This document shows, piece by piece, positions 49,111 through 62,346 of a DNA stretch of 64,000 nucleotides. The position numbers were made by a program, and so were the translations under genes. This DNA is from the human T2T-CHM13v2.0 reference genome, Homo sapiens: assembly GCF_009914755.1 (NCBI RefSeq), contig NC_060926.1. One strand, given 5' to 3'. A model generated the notes under the pieces. It ran no database searches, had not been told where the DNA came from, and saw nothing but the letters and a program-made list of their open reading frames with translations. The stretch's first letter is position 1. Every line of letters starts with the position of its first letter.

Positions 49111-51347
49111 AGTCATTTTAGGGTGTGCCTTTGACTTGGTGGTACCAAGGATAAGATTCCCAAGGCCATCAACTGGGGCCAACCCACAAAGCCAACAGAA
49201 CCAAATTGGGTAACATGTGGACTGCCAGCTAACAGGAAGGCTTGTGAAGGAGCAATGGTGAATTCACAGAAAGGCCACCACAGCCTCTGTGCACACAAGG
49301 TGAACATCAACTTCGCTGAAGAGCATCCTATAATCCCAGGATCGGGGACATATCAGATGCAGAGCTGCACCTGCATAACCCCTCCTAGGAGGCAGGCACT
49401 GGGGAGACACTCTGCCTACACTATCTCCCACCACTCCTCATACCTGTCTGAGAAGACAGATATTTAAGCAGTCGAGGAAGACCAAGTTCAAAGGGTATGA
49501 GAAACATGTAAGGTTGCCAAGCTGAGATGTGGACTTGTCTGCCCATAAGGCTCAAAGCTTCCACTCCGGACACTCACCATCCTGTTTCTCATCTCCTTCT
49601 GTCCGTTTCTCCGAAGCATGCCCTGAGGCACCTGTTATACTGCCCCATCCTAGATCCGTGGAGAATTTCTAGGGGGGGTGGGCTTAGACTCAGGAGTCTT
49701 TATAAGCTCCACTGATGGCTCTAGAGCACCCAGAAGTCTAAGAACAGGACAGTCACTGTGACAGCCTTTGTCTGCCCAGGCACAATTACTGCCAGGCCAA
49801 CTAGGGGCTTGTTTTCCACAAGAGGGAGAGACTGGCACTGCCCACTATCTGATTTCCCTCAAGAGGAAAGAAAGCAGCATAAAACACACTGGCTGAATTC
49901 ATCACAGAGAAGGAATGCGTTTGAATTTGCTTCACTTTATTTGAGAGAAGCCAGCTGCTAAGAGAGCACCTAAAAGGTGAACTAAGCAGGTTAGTCCCAG
50001 AAACTAAGCCATCTTGGCACTGACGGCATCCGAAGTGCTAGCACTTTAAGGCCTGTGGATTCATGGACTGGATAATTTGCTCCCAAAAGTCCCACAACCA
50101 GAAATTAGGAGGGCACATTTGTAAATAACCCACAGTGCTTGTGTTAGAGGCCACAGATCCCATAGTGGCTTCACCAACTGTGGCATTTTGCCCACAACAG
50201 AAGCAGCCTTGTAAGGACAGGTAGCCAGCCACACAGGGCGAATGACTGTGGGAACAGTAAAGAGAAAAGTCATTTATTATTCCTGCCATGATTACTCCAC
50301 TGGCATATCTAAGGCTCATCCCAATTTTCCCTACTGTTACAAGTACCCCATTTTTCTCTCATTTGTCTGCCCAATGATCTTGAATTAAAGTCACATGCTG
50401 ATTTTAAACAAGGGGCGGGGGGAAAAAGATCGAATCCCTTGCATGTTGAAAGAAAAATGCCGTGTGGCTTTGAGCAGACGTTGTGATGCCTATTCCCCTC
50501 CTAATTACCAGCCTGCTGGCTTTCTGACAGATGGGATAGAACCACACCGCCTCATACAGCACTTATATAATGAGGTGCTGGTAATCACGACTCCACATTC
50601 AATCTGCTCCATTAATGCCAGAGGTGGTTCAACCAAATTAGAGAATTACGGTCTTACAGATAAGACTGAAACGTGTGTACACAGTAATTTTATTAACCAT
50701 GAACATGCTTTGTGTAAAAAGGGCTTCCAGTTCAAAACAGTGAGAGAGACATGCAATTTGCAACCTTCACTGATTTAATAGCCTGGGAGTGGGTCTGCAG
50801 GTGGGGGTCGGAGCGTCTGTGTGCTATTACTGAACTGCGACAACACCACAGAATAAAAACATCACCAGCCAGTCAATTAAGGGAATTATTCATGAGCTTG
50901 TTAAAAGGTCACATGCCAAAAACTTCATGTAACAGGAAAGAGCTGAGGTGCGGTACTCAGTTGTTTTGTTGCTTTTAAAACTCAGAGATGATTGGAAATG
51001 AGGATAAGCCAAATTTCATTTAGAAAAAATGCTTAAAAAGCTATTACTGATGTCTTTCAAAATCCATTACTGAGAAAACCTAGAAAAGCACTCCTGTCTC
51101 TCCCCCAATCTCCCCTCAGCTGCTCCCTGCCACCATTACACCACGTTTCTCAGCAAAGGAGCTGATATCTAATTCATCTTGGTAGGAATTACTCTGATCG
51201 TGGTGAGGCCTCTTCCAGCCATTTAGGATCAGTCTAGAGGTAGACAAGTGGTTTTTCTCCTAGTCAAAGAAATAAAGTTTCCATTAAACAGAGAAACGGG
51301 AAGTGGGGAGGGGTCCTGAAACCCAGCCTTAGTAAGTAACACTACTC

Positions 51348-51585
51348 CAGTGGTTCTCACCTGAGGAGATTTTTACCCCCACTCCACCTCACTTCTCCCC
51401 CAACTCCCTCCCACAGGGGATACTTGGCACTTTCTGTAGACATTTTTGGTTGTCAAAACCAAGTGGGTGGAGTGTTGACAGCATCTAGTGGGTAGAGACC
51501 AGGGATGCTTTTAAACATTCTACAATACACAACAAATAATTATCCAGCCCAAAGTGTCCACAGAGCTGAGACTGAGAAACCCTGT
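51348..51585. mobile_element. MER20
   Basis: cagtggttctca...agacatttttggttgtca...catctagtgggtagagaccagggatgct...gagaaaccctg. Confidence 0.85.
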
Positions 51586-51882
51586 TCTACTCCAATATTT
51601 TAGAGCCTTGCAACCCCAAGTGTGGTTCTTGGACCAGCAGCAGCGACATAACCCAGGATCTCAGAATCTCAGGACCTTCCCCAGACTTCCTGAACTACAG
51701 CCTGCATTTGAATAGCCCAGATTGATTTGTAATTGCATTAAAATGAGCTGCAGTCTTAGGACGATGGTTGTCAAAGTTGGTTACACACGAGAATTACCCA
51801 GGTGGCTTAACACTTGGGTCCCACACTCAGCCATAGAGGTGTAATTGGTCTGGGAAGCAGCCTAGGGGAAATGCAAGAGTTT

Positions 51883-52658
51883 TTGTTTTTTAATATCGAT
51901 AACATTTAATGCTGTAATTGAGAGCTTGGGTTTTTAAAATTTTAAGTTCTGGGATACATGCGCAGGACGTGCAAGTTTGTTACATAGGTAACATGTGCCA
52001 TGGTGGTTTGCTGCACCCATCAACACATCACCTAGGTATTAAGCCCCACATGCATTTGCTATTTATCCTGATGCCCTCCCCCTTTCACCCCCTACCCATA
52101 GGCCCCAGTGTGTGTTCTTCCCCTCCCTGTGTCCATGTGTTCTCACTGTTCAGCTCCCACTTATGAGAACATGTGGTGTTCGGCTTTGTTCCTATGTCAG
52201 TTTGCTGAGGATGATGGCTTCCAGTTCCATCCATGTCCCTGCAAAGGACATGACCTCATTCCTTTTTATGGCTGCGTAGTATTCCATGGTATATATGTAC
52301 CACATTTTCTTTATCCAGTCTATCATTGATGGGCATTTGGGTTGATTCCATGTCTTTGCTATTGTGAATAGTGCTGCAATGAACATATACATGCATGTAT
52401 GTTTATAATAGAATGATTTCTATTTCTTTGGGTATATACCCAGTAATGGGATTGCTGTGTCAAATGGTATTTCTGGTTCTAGGTCTTTGAGGAATCACCA
52501 CATTGCCTTCCACAATGGTTGAACTAATCTACGTTCCTACCAACAGTGTAATAGCGTTCCTATTTCTCCACAGCCTCGCCAACATCTGTTGTTTCTTGAC
52601 TTTTTAATAATCGCCATTCTGATTGGCGTCAGGTGGTATTTCATTGTGGTTTTAATTT
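51883..52658 (-). mobile_element. 5'-truncated L1PA (roughly L1PA8-10-like) with a 3' transduced tag, inserted in a MER5-type element
   Basis: The L1PA 3' UTR and ORF2 C-terminus are clear (ORF 52192-52392 MYMFIAALFTIAKTWNQPKCPS). TSD aatgcaagagttt at 51870-51882 and 52659-52671. Confidence 0.93.
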
Positions 52659-52739
52659 AATGCAAGAGTTTGAAAAGCTCCCCAGGTGATTCCTGTGTGT
52701 AGTGAACTATAAGAATCACCGTCTTCAAAAGGATAAATT

Positions 52740-52922
52740 AGTGCTACTCAAAGTGTGGTTCCCCAGACTTGCAACATCTGCATCACCTGGGAGCTTGTTA
52801 GCAATGCAAATTCTCAGCTTCACTCCATCCCTCCTGATCAGAGACTCTGGGGTGGGCCTGGCAGCATGCCCCTTAACAAGCCCTCAGCAGATTCTGAGGC
52901 CCCTGGAGTCTGAGCAGCACCG
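52740..52922. mobile_element. MER5A
   Basis: agtgctactcaaagtgtggttcc...catcacctgggagcttgttag.aatgcaaattctc. Confidence 0.85.
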
Positions 52923-53920
52923 CGTTAAATGATAAGACTTAGCTTCCTTGGAATTTCTGATCATTTGCAATTAGATTGTTGTGTTCTCCATCAGATGGGT
53001 ATCACAATCTCCTCTAGATTAAAGAAGCCCCCATTTTGCAGGAATTCAACTACAAAATCAATCGCTGGGGAGCACTGGAAGGGCACTTGCCCCCTTTGTT
53101 GTGACATTATAAGTGTTGTGTGAAGATAGCGCCTAATGAAGTAGACATTTTGCTTTTGAGAATACCCTCTGGGCTAAGGGGACAAGTTTACTATAGTTTG
53201 GAACCACTCAATGGAACTTTGACCTCCAAGTTTGTGTTTAGGGAAGAACCCACTAAAAACAGAATCTGCCTCCTTCCCTGTCTAACACTCCCAAGACCAA
53301 GGTGGGCATTCCCTTCAGACAGCCTCAGAAGCCTGCCTCTGACACCTAGCTGGACCTGAGGGCATCTCTCCTGCATCAGTCTCCCAGACCTGGGGGTGTC
53401 CAGTAGTCCAGAAAAGCTTTCTAGAATGTTTCTGGGCAGTTGGGTTAAGATAAGTTAGGTGGAAGGCAACAAGGAGAACGGTTTGCAAATAAGAAGGCAG
53501 GGATGCTGCAGGCATTCACACAACAAATTTGTTCATCAGGCTGTTGGAAGGGATTTCAGCAGAGGGTATAGAGAACACAGCTGGAGAACTGGCTCAGGCC
53601 AGGCCTCGGGTGTGCCCCAGGTGTTGCTGCTTCTAGTGCCAACCATGGTGCTGGGCACTAGACCTTTCAGAGCTAGTGCAAAGCTAGATTTGCTCAGCAC
53701 ACAGTAGGTCCAAACACATGGTCACTTTTACCTTCGCATTTCACACTTGCTCTTGGGAAATCGATGGGAGAAGAAAAGGAGTTTTTCCTTCTTTTTAATA
53801 AAAGAAAAGGGAGCGTACGCTTCAGGACACATTTAGCAGGACAACAGAATCTTATACAACCACCCAAGGTTAAGTAAAATATTTTAAGTAAACTAGTGTT
53901 CCACATCAGAAGTCTCTCAG

Positions 53921-54084
53921 ACTATTAACCCCACAGAAGCCCCACCAAAATTCAACACAATTCCACATCCTACAGCACCACTAATAATTATCCCTAGACC
54001 CCCATAAATCGGAGAAGGTTTCAAAGAAAAACCTACAAACCCTATCACCAAAAGAACACTTAACAATAAAGCATATGCCATTAT
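53921..54084 (-). pseudogene. NUMT: nuclear copy of the 5' end of mitochondrial ND6
   Basis: The minus strand translates (vertebrate mito code) as [54 protein letters not shown], versus human ND6 [54 protein letters not shown]. Composition on + is A/C-rich like mtDNA. Confidence 0.93.
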
Positions 54085-55699
54085 GCATATAGTTTATGAG
54101 GCTTCCACATCAGAAGTCTCTCAAGAAGGGGCTGAATTAAAATCTCCTCCACAATTATGCTAGACAAATCAACTATGTGAAACTGAGCTTTTATGTAATT
54201 AATAAAGTCTCTCCAACTAGATTAGCTACTTCTAAAATCAGAGTGTAAGCTACTTTACACCCAGCAGGGAAAATAGCCCGGCAATGCAGTGCGGGCTGAC
54301 AGGTCCTCTTACAGAACCACTGGAAAAGCATCATAAAAGTTCCATGTCTGCTTTTGCCCTAACTGGGCCATTATATTTTAAGAAGAACATGGTAAATGCT
54401 CATCCTCCAAGCCTTGTCTTTTACCAACCCCCTAAAAGTGTTCACTAAGAAAACCTAATAATGAAAACTTAAGTATGTCTAAAAAACAGCACGGTTCAGT
54501 ATATGCTGTTCAAGACAGATAAACAGATGAAGTCTCCCATTATTTAGTCTAAGCTGTAACCACTCAACTAAGACCCTATAAAAATGCCTCACCACAAATA
54601 GTTTTCTAGGGAGTTATCAATTAATTCTGGTAATGAAATCTCCCATATTTCTCATTTTCTTTTTCATGATAACAGACTATTTGTCAGTCATGACTATTAG
54701 CTAGAACTAGGATAAAATCTCATCTTCTTGGTGATTATATCATGTCTCTTCCATCTCCTTTCACTTGCCCTGACCCCTCTGCAAATCTATACAGTGTACA
54801 TGCTTACATACGTGTATGCATCTATACATACATGCATATGTGTTTATGTGCATGCTTGTGTGTATATACACTTACTATAGAGAGAGAGAGGAAGGAAGGG
54901 AGGAAGGGGAGGAAACCTTAGAAAGTATATTATAAAGAAATTTTAGAAGTTTAAGAAAAAGAAAAACCTTCAGAAAAAAATACAACAAATCCTTAACATG
55001 TGCAAAAGACACTTGCCAAAAAAAACAGCCCCAGATCCCCAAATCCCGCTGCTATCACTGAGGGTTGAGGAGTGAAGGGGAAGAGCAGCTGTGGCAGGAA
55101 ATTGAAGGTCTAAGGGCTTTACAATTTCCAGAAAAGTATGTGACAGTGAGCCCAACACCACAGGGCTCTCCACTTCCCGCTCTCCCGGGATCCTGAGCAA
55201 GGCTATAGGAATGACTTGTCCTAGCCTTGGGAATCATTCCGGTCCTGGCTGAAACCACAAACACTGGCTGGGAAAATGACAGGATTGAGATGGGATGCCC
55301 ATAAATAAATCACTGTAACAGCATGGAAAGCCCTCTGATGAGGTGATATTTAAGAGGAACATACGAAAATAATTAGCCAAAGACACAATCAAAAGAGTAG
55401 CGCCAACATGTATGTTAGATATAGGTCCAAAATGGGCTAAGTCTTGGAAAAAATATTTCCAAATGCCATTCAGAACAAAATTCTCAGGTTAACTACAACC
55501 CAAGAAGAATGGTCAATGTTTACATGAGACAAAAGACAGAATAGCACCACTTCTGGCCTGTCAACTGGGCAAGGAACAGAAAATAAAACTAATTAAGAGG
55601 ACACAGAAGTCCAACAAGACAGACCGAAAAAGAAACACCTGGTCCTTCTAACACCATCCAGATCCTAAATCACATTATCCCAAATGGTGAAAGATCATT

Positions 55700-56160
55700 C
55701 CATGTTGTTATGGAAAAACTCCCAGTAGCCTTTTAAAAAATCAGGGCAAACAGGAAACTATTCTAGAAGTTGGGAAATGGGTCTTGGTGTTTGTAAGCAG
55801 ATCTTAGAAATTCAAGACCGATGAAAGGCTTACTTCAATTATCAGATGGCTTACTTAACAGATTTAGTCTAACAATTCCAAAATGAAAAACATTTTGTTC
55901 AGCTCACCTAGGTTCACCAGGAATAAATCTAACTGGCCTAACTCCATTTCCTTTAGAGATGGCTTCCCTAACCTAGTAAACCAGGAGAATGCCTCAGATG
56001 ATACATTTTGATTTTAACAAGGCATCTGATAAGAGTTTCTTATAACATTGTTATGAATGAGATAGAAAAGTTAGGGTATGGTGAGGTGAACTAAACTCTG
56101 GTTAGACAAACATTCTGGAAAATCTTGATCAGCCAAACAATTTGGAGTAACATCTCTAGG
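55700..56160 (+). mobile_element. CR1/L3 LINE RT fragment
   Basis: ggttcaccaggaataaatc...ctaactccatttcc...gattttaacaaggcatctgataag (DFxKAFD-like). Confidence 0.65.
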
Positions 56161-56604
56161 GTCAATTCTTAAGCCATTTGAAAAGTGAAAAAAAGTTGTA
56201 ATGATACCACTTTGCCTCTTCAATTGTCCATTTTTAAAAATGAAAACAGCCAGTGCTGGTTGGAATACAAAGTGTCAATCTCAGTGGACAATTTAGTAAT
56301 ATGTCTCACTTCTGATTAGAAATTGCATTTAAAGAAATATTCTTCCTAAGGAAATAATCAGACACAAGATTGTATAAAGCCCTTCACTGCTATGTTATAA
56401 TAGGAGAAGAAAAACCATACTTGGGTATTTAGGGTGAATGGTTAATAACGGTGCATCAATAAGATGCAACATTGACACTTAAAAGGAAGTACATCAAGAT
56501 TTTCAATAACAAAGAAATGCTCACTTTAGAAAGTGGGGGGAAAAGCAGGATGCACAACAGAACACGTACCATTAGCTCAGCTTTATAAAAATGTGTACCA
56601 ACCC

Positions 56605-56900
56605 GGCCAGATGCTATGGCTCACACCTGTAATCCCAGCATTTGGGAAGCCAAGGCCAGTGGATTATTTGAGGCCAGGAGTTCAAGACCAGCCTGGCCAA
56701 CATGGTGAAACCCCGTCTCTACTAAAAATAAAAAAATTAGCTGCGCCTGGTGGTGCATGTCTGTAATCCCAGCTACTCAGGAGGCTGAGACAGGAGGATC
56801 ACTTGCGCCCATGAGGCAGAGGTTGCAGTGAGCTGAGATCACGCCACTATACTCCAGCCTGGGTGACAGAGTCTCGCTCTGTCTCAAAAACAAAAACAAA
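56605..56900 (+). mobile_element. Alu inside an L1ME-like 3' fragment
   Basis: Full Alu consensus. Confidence 0.95.
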
Positions 56901-57020
56901 ATGTATATAAACCTGCGCACATGCATAAAAGAAATGGAAAGAAAAAATCTCCAAAAGCTAACCATTCTCTGGGTGGTAGGATGAGGGGTGACTCTTCATA
57001 CATTAAATTGTCCAGTTTTT

Positions 57021-57329
<309 letters not shown>

Positions 57330-57842
57330 TTGTCCAGTTTTTAAATAATGAGTACATACTAATTTTAAAATCATGAAATGTTATTTAGACTATATGTATT
57401 TTTACAATTGGTTTTCAAAAACCATGAAAAGGAAAGTTTCGAGTAACCAAGCAGAAGCTGGAGGCGTGGAAGGCTACCATCAGGGCTGTGGTAGGAATGC
57501 AGTCGGGAGGATTCTTATGCTGGAAGGAAAGGGCTGGCATCAGTGCCTGCCAAGGCCACTTCCCACCTTGCAGCCAGTCCAGGCCTTCACAGGAAAATTA
57601 GACATACAGGTAGGAAGCCCATGTCCCCATTTAACTCTCGAACCAGAAGCAAGAGATATGTAGAGGCCGGGGAAGGGGACGCATCTGCTCTTCCTTCAAG
57701 CCCTTCTCCCTAAAAGTTCATGCTAGAAATGCCCCAGAAACAACCCATCTTTCACTGTGGATGCCCTCTGATTCTACTCTCCAGAAGGCAGTTAGAGAAA
57801 AAAAATGCCCCCTTGATTGATGTGTGTGTTTAATATATACAT

Positions 57843-58130
57843 TGAGACACGGTCTCACTCTGTTGCCCAGGCTGGAGTTCAGTGGTGTGATTAAGGCTCA
57901 CTGTAACCTCAATCAACCTCCTACCCTCAATCAATCCTTCTACCTCAGCCTCCTGAGTACCTGGGACTACAGGTGTGCAACACCATGCCCAGCTAATTTA
58001 TTTCATTTTTTGTAGAGACAGGGTCTCACTGTGTTGCCCAGACTGGTCTCAAACTCCTAGGCTCAAGTGATACTCCCACCTTGCCCTCCCAAAGTGCTTG
58101 GGTTACAGGCATGAGTCACTGTGCCAGGCC
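57843..58130 (-). mobile_element. AluJ-like element
   Basis: Antisense Alu with J motifs (ctcaaactcctaggctcaagtgat). Confidence 0.93.
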
Positions 58131-58785
58131 TACTTCCCAATATAAAATGGGCCCCAGAGAAATTCAAAGAAGGCTTCCTCAACAAATCTACCCAAACCAT
58201 TTTTATTCTATAGAAGAAAAAACAAACAAAACTAATGACTAGGTTAAGGCTTTTTCTTTAACTCAGTAACATATGCCTTCTTTGGAACTAAATTTAATAA
58301 CCTAGGCTTCCATCTGGGGTTGGATGAAGAATAAATCAAAGTAATTATTTCTGGAAAGTAGCTAATGTGCAAATATATTTTCGCCCACAATAAAATTCCT
58401 CAACACATACCCATGTGCACAGACAAGCGCACGCACACACAACACACACCCTTCCTTTGAAATGAGCCAGTCCAATATTATCAAGCTTAGGATTCAAGGA
58501 GAAACTGACATATCCTTTTCTACATTTCCTCAACTGTGGTTTGATTCTTTCTGGCCTGAGCTCCAACTTCTATCAGCTTGTATCAATCTGGTTTTGATGC
58601 AGAGTGGGGAGTAAGGGGGCTAACAGTTTTGTTTTACTTTGCCCCCTTTTAAAAGGCCACTGAAATATGTACTGTGACTAACATCCTAAATGTGTCCCTA
58701 AGGATTTTTTCATGCCAGTACCCACCTCCCTTGCTAGCAATGGGCAGAAAGAGGCAGTGGACAGAGGCCGACGAAGGCGAGGTGG

Positions 58786-59626
58786 TGTGTGGGTATGAGA
58801 AAACCAAACTCAAGATATTTTTCTCTTGTCACTCAACAGCAACCGTGACAGACTTCTGTGACTGCTGAACACCAAAACATATTGAGATTTTCCCCGCACA
58901 CTAAGCAAGCAATTCTGCAGCAGACAGCAGCTGGGTGTCCTCCAGTTCAATTCTGACACCACCCACTCGGTGACGGTGTCAGATCCCACAAGGTGAGGGC
59001 TCAGTCCCACCAGACTGCCCCACTTCGAAGGCCAGCTCCAAGCCCCAGGGTGTTTTAACCTGTGCTTCTGACCCACTGGCTAGGAATTAGGGTTCCCATG
59101 ACCCATTCTCTTTGGGTTCAATTATTTTACTAGAGTGGCTCACAGAACTCAGGGATACACTTAACTTACATTGACTGGTTTATTATGAAGGATTACAGAG
59201 GATACAGAAGAAGGGATGCATGGAGCAAGGCACAGGAGAAGGGGGTACAGTGCTTCCATGCCCTCTGGGGTGCACCACCCTCCACGTGTTCAGGTATCTG
59301 GAGCTTTTTGAACCCTGTCATTATGGGTTTTTATGGAGGCTTCTTTGTGTAGGCATAATTGATTAAACCACTGGGCACATCAACTTAACTTTCAGTCCCT
59401 CTCTCCTTGCCAGAGGCTGGGGGCTGGGGCTGGAAGTCCTGACCCTCTAAATTCTGCCTTGGTCTTTCAGGTGACCAACCCCATCCTGAAGCTACCCAGG
59501 AGCTGCCAGCCATCAGTGAACTCATTAGCATTCACTAGGACACAATTTTGAAGATTCTAAGAATTTTAGGAGTTGTTATGCCAGGAAACCGGGAAGATGA
59601 CCAAATACGTATTTCATAATATCACA
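58786..59626 (-). mobile_element. MER21-family LTR
   Basis: cagctgggtgtcctccagttcaattctgacac...gtggctcacagaactcaggga...tttcataatatcaca terminus. Confidence 0.85.
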
Positions 59627-61229
59627 GGTAGGATGGACTCAGTTGGTTTCAAAACAAAGTTCAGGTATGTGCATTCAGCACGAGACCATAATCTTGTATC
59701 CTTGACAAGCCAGAAGTGAAAAGTCTAGCGCATCTGTGTCTGGGAGTCAGCCATTTAGGCAGAGATACCAATCTGCGCCTAAATGCTGGCCCAGCTATTA
59801 AAGCTGGATGCACCACGAGTAAAGAAATTGTTCTCCAAAATCTGCACACAAGGCCTCCTGTCGAGATAACACAACAAGCCCCAAGTGCTGTGAGATTCCT
59901 TCCAAACATCTCAGTAAAGCCTATCTTCTTGAACTGTCTTAGGGATTGGGTATAACAACAGATGCGGAAAAATTACTCTGGAATCATTTCTTTCTCCCAA
60001 GACCTTTCATCAGCCAAATCCTCCTCCCTAAGCTCCTTTGCTTTTGATAGGATATGATATTTGCAGAATGTGGATCCAATAATAAGGAAACATGTATTTT
60101 ATCCTGAACATGCTTGCTACTGCCTCAAACAATCACATTTCTTGAAATGCAGAATTGCAGGTTAATTATGCAAAGGGCAGACCCAGCTTTCTGTAGTCTA
60201 TTGCTTGTAAGCCTGTCCCTGGCTTTAGTTACTCATGATATTGGGAAAAGCAACCTAATACAGACCTGCAGCTGTGCCCACACAGTGAAGGCCGCTTGGG
60301 GAATACTGCTGGCTTCATGTGCATATCAAATAGGTGAGCTTACCATTCCCCACATATGTTCCTCATTGTTCTATGCATTTGTGGCTGGCAGTGTTTCCAA
60401 TCACAGCAGCCACTCCATGAACAATCAAAATTACACATCAGTGGCAAACTGCAAGCCCACCATACTTTGGGAGTGACAGGTCTGTGGTATAATGCACACC
60501 CTTACCAACAAACCAGCCTTCATTCTCATTCAGAATATGTGTTGGGCTAGGACACACTATGGACGTTTAAACTCAGTTTAGTTGTTTCTTATTAAAGAAA
60601 AAAGTACCCCACATCTCAAGCACAGGGCCTAAAGAAATAAACAAAGAGGTGTGCACAGATTCATGCACCAGCCATAAATGTCATCACAACATAAAAGAGC
60701 AAGAAATGGAACAACTCAGATTTCCTAATAGACTGTTAAATAAATTATGCTATAGCCAACAGAAGAACTCCATGAGGTCATTAAAAAGAATGGGTTACAT
60801 ATATAGGGAGTTTTTTAATGTCCTTGGTTTTATGTTAAGAGAAAGCACCAGGATCCAGAACAATATGAACAGAAAGATCCTATTTTCATTACACCTAGTT
60901 GTGTGTTTGTGTGTGTGCACGTGCACACGTGTAAAGCATATGGGTGTGCATCACACTTTATTTGCAAAGTAAGTATTCTGGAAGCACATGCACCAAACTG
61001 TTCACTGTGATGATCTTTTATGAGGAATGGAGGACAGGAAAACACTCACTTTAACATTCATATTAATTGAAACATATTGGTTCTACAAATATGTGCCACT
61101 GTTACAAATCAATGAGATGAATGAAAATATGTTCATTTTTAAAGAAACACAGGGCCTTCCATATTCACAAGAATGTCAGGGTTCTCTTGTAATAAACCAT
61201 CTGAGCTCTCCAAGGTTAATTATATAAGC

Positions 61230-61620
61230 AGATCACATCACCCCAAGGCTTAATAATGCACCCGTGGCCTCCTACTGCTCCTATAATCAAAACTTCCTCC
61301 CCAGGCTCCCGAGGCTCAGCTGCATCTCACCTTTGCCCTTCACTAATTGGGTCCCACCACAGGAGCCTCTTTTTCTGACTTTTAAACACACCACGCTGGT
61401 CTCACCTCAGGCCCTTTGTTTGCAGCAATCCCTCTGTCCAGGGATGCTTTTTCTCAAGTCTCCTTTGTTGAAGTTTCACCAAAGGTTGAAGTGTCACCTA
61501 CTCAGTGACCTTCCTTGGCCCCCAACTTCACAGTGGTCCTCCTCACATGCTGTCACATCACCCTGCTCTGTTTCCTTCACAGCTCTGCCTACTCTCTGCA
61601 GTCACTTCCCTGCCCATCTC
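61230..61620. mobile_element. L2 fragment
   Basis: gatcacatcac...cctcaggccctttg...aagtgtcacctactcagtgaccttcc. Confidence 0.65.
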
Positions 61621-61734
61621 CTTCTTTAGGTCCAGGAGAGCAGAGAGCTGGTTTGGTGCCTCAAAAAGCAGCCAGCTCAGGGTGGGCTGAATTGAACTGA
61701 ATATTTTACTCATTAAATGAGTAAATATCAGGGT

Positions 61735-61808
61735 CAGGTTTTAGGAAATGCAGCTGATAGGACTCTGATAAAACAGGTTTTAGGAAATGCAGCTGATAGG
61801 ACTCTGAT
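61735..61808. repeat. Tandem duplication, period 39, 35 nt identical
   Basis: caggttttaggaaatgcagctgataggactctgat at 61735 and 61774. Confidence 0.95.
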
Positions 61809-62024
61809 TGATAAAACTGGACTTTTTTAAAAAAAAATGCTACCTTCTCACATAGGAAACAAAATGTAGGCTACACCAACAGAACAGCTATCCAACCACA
61901 AACCAAACCACCACCCCACCATTCCACAGATGCAGATGTTGACCTGAAATTTCAAACAAGAATGGAGTTTACATTCACTAACCTGTCATGGAAGTTCCTC
62001 AAGATTGATTTATAAATCAACCTT

Positions 62025-62346
<322 letters not shown>

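Noticed and set aside
59746-59790. Small hairpin catttaggc...gcctaaatg
   Set aside because: A 9-bp core stem is within chance expectation for 64 kb.
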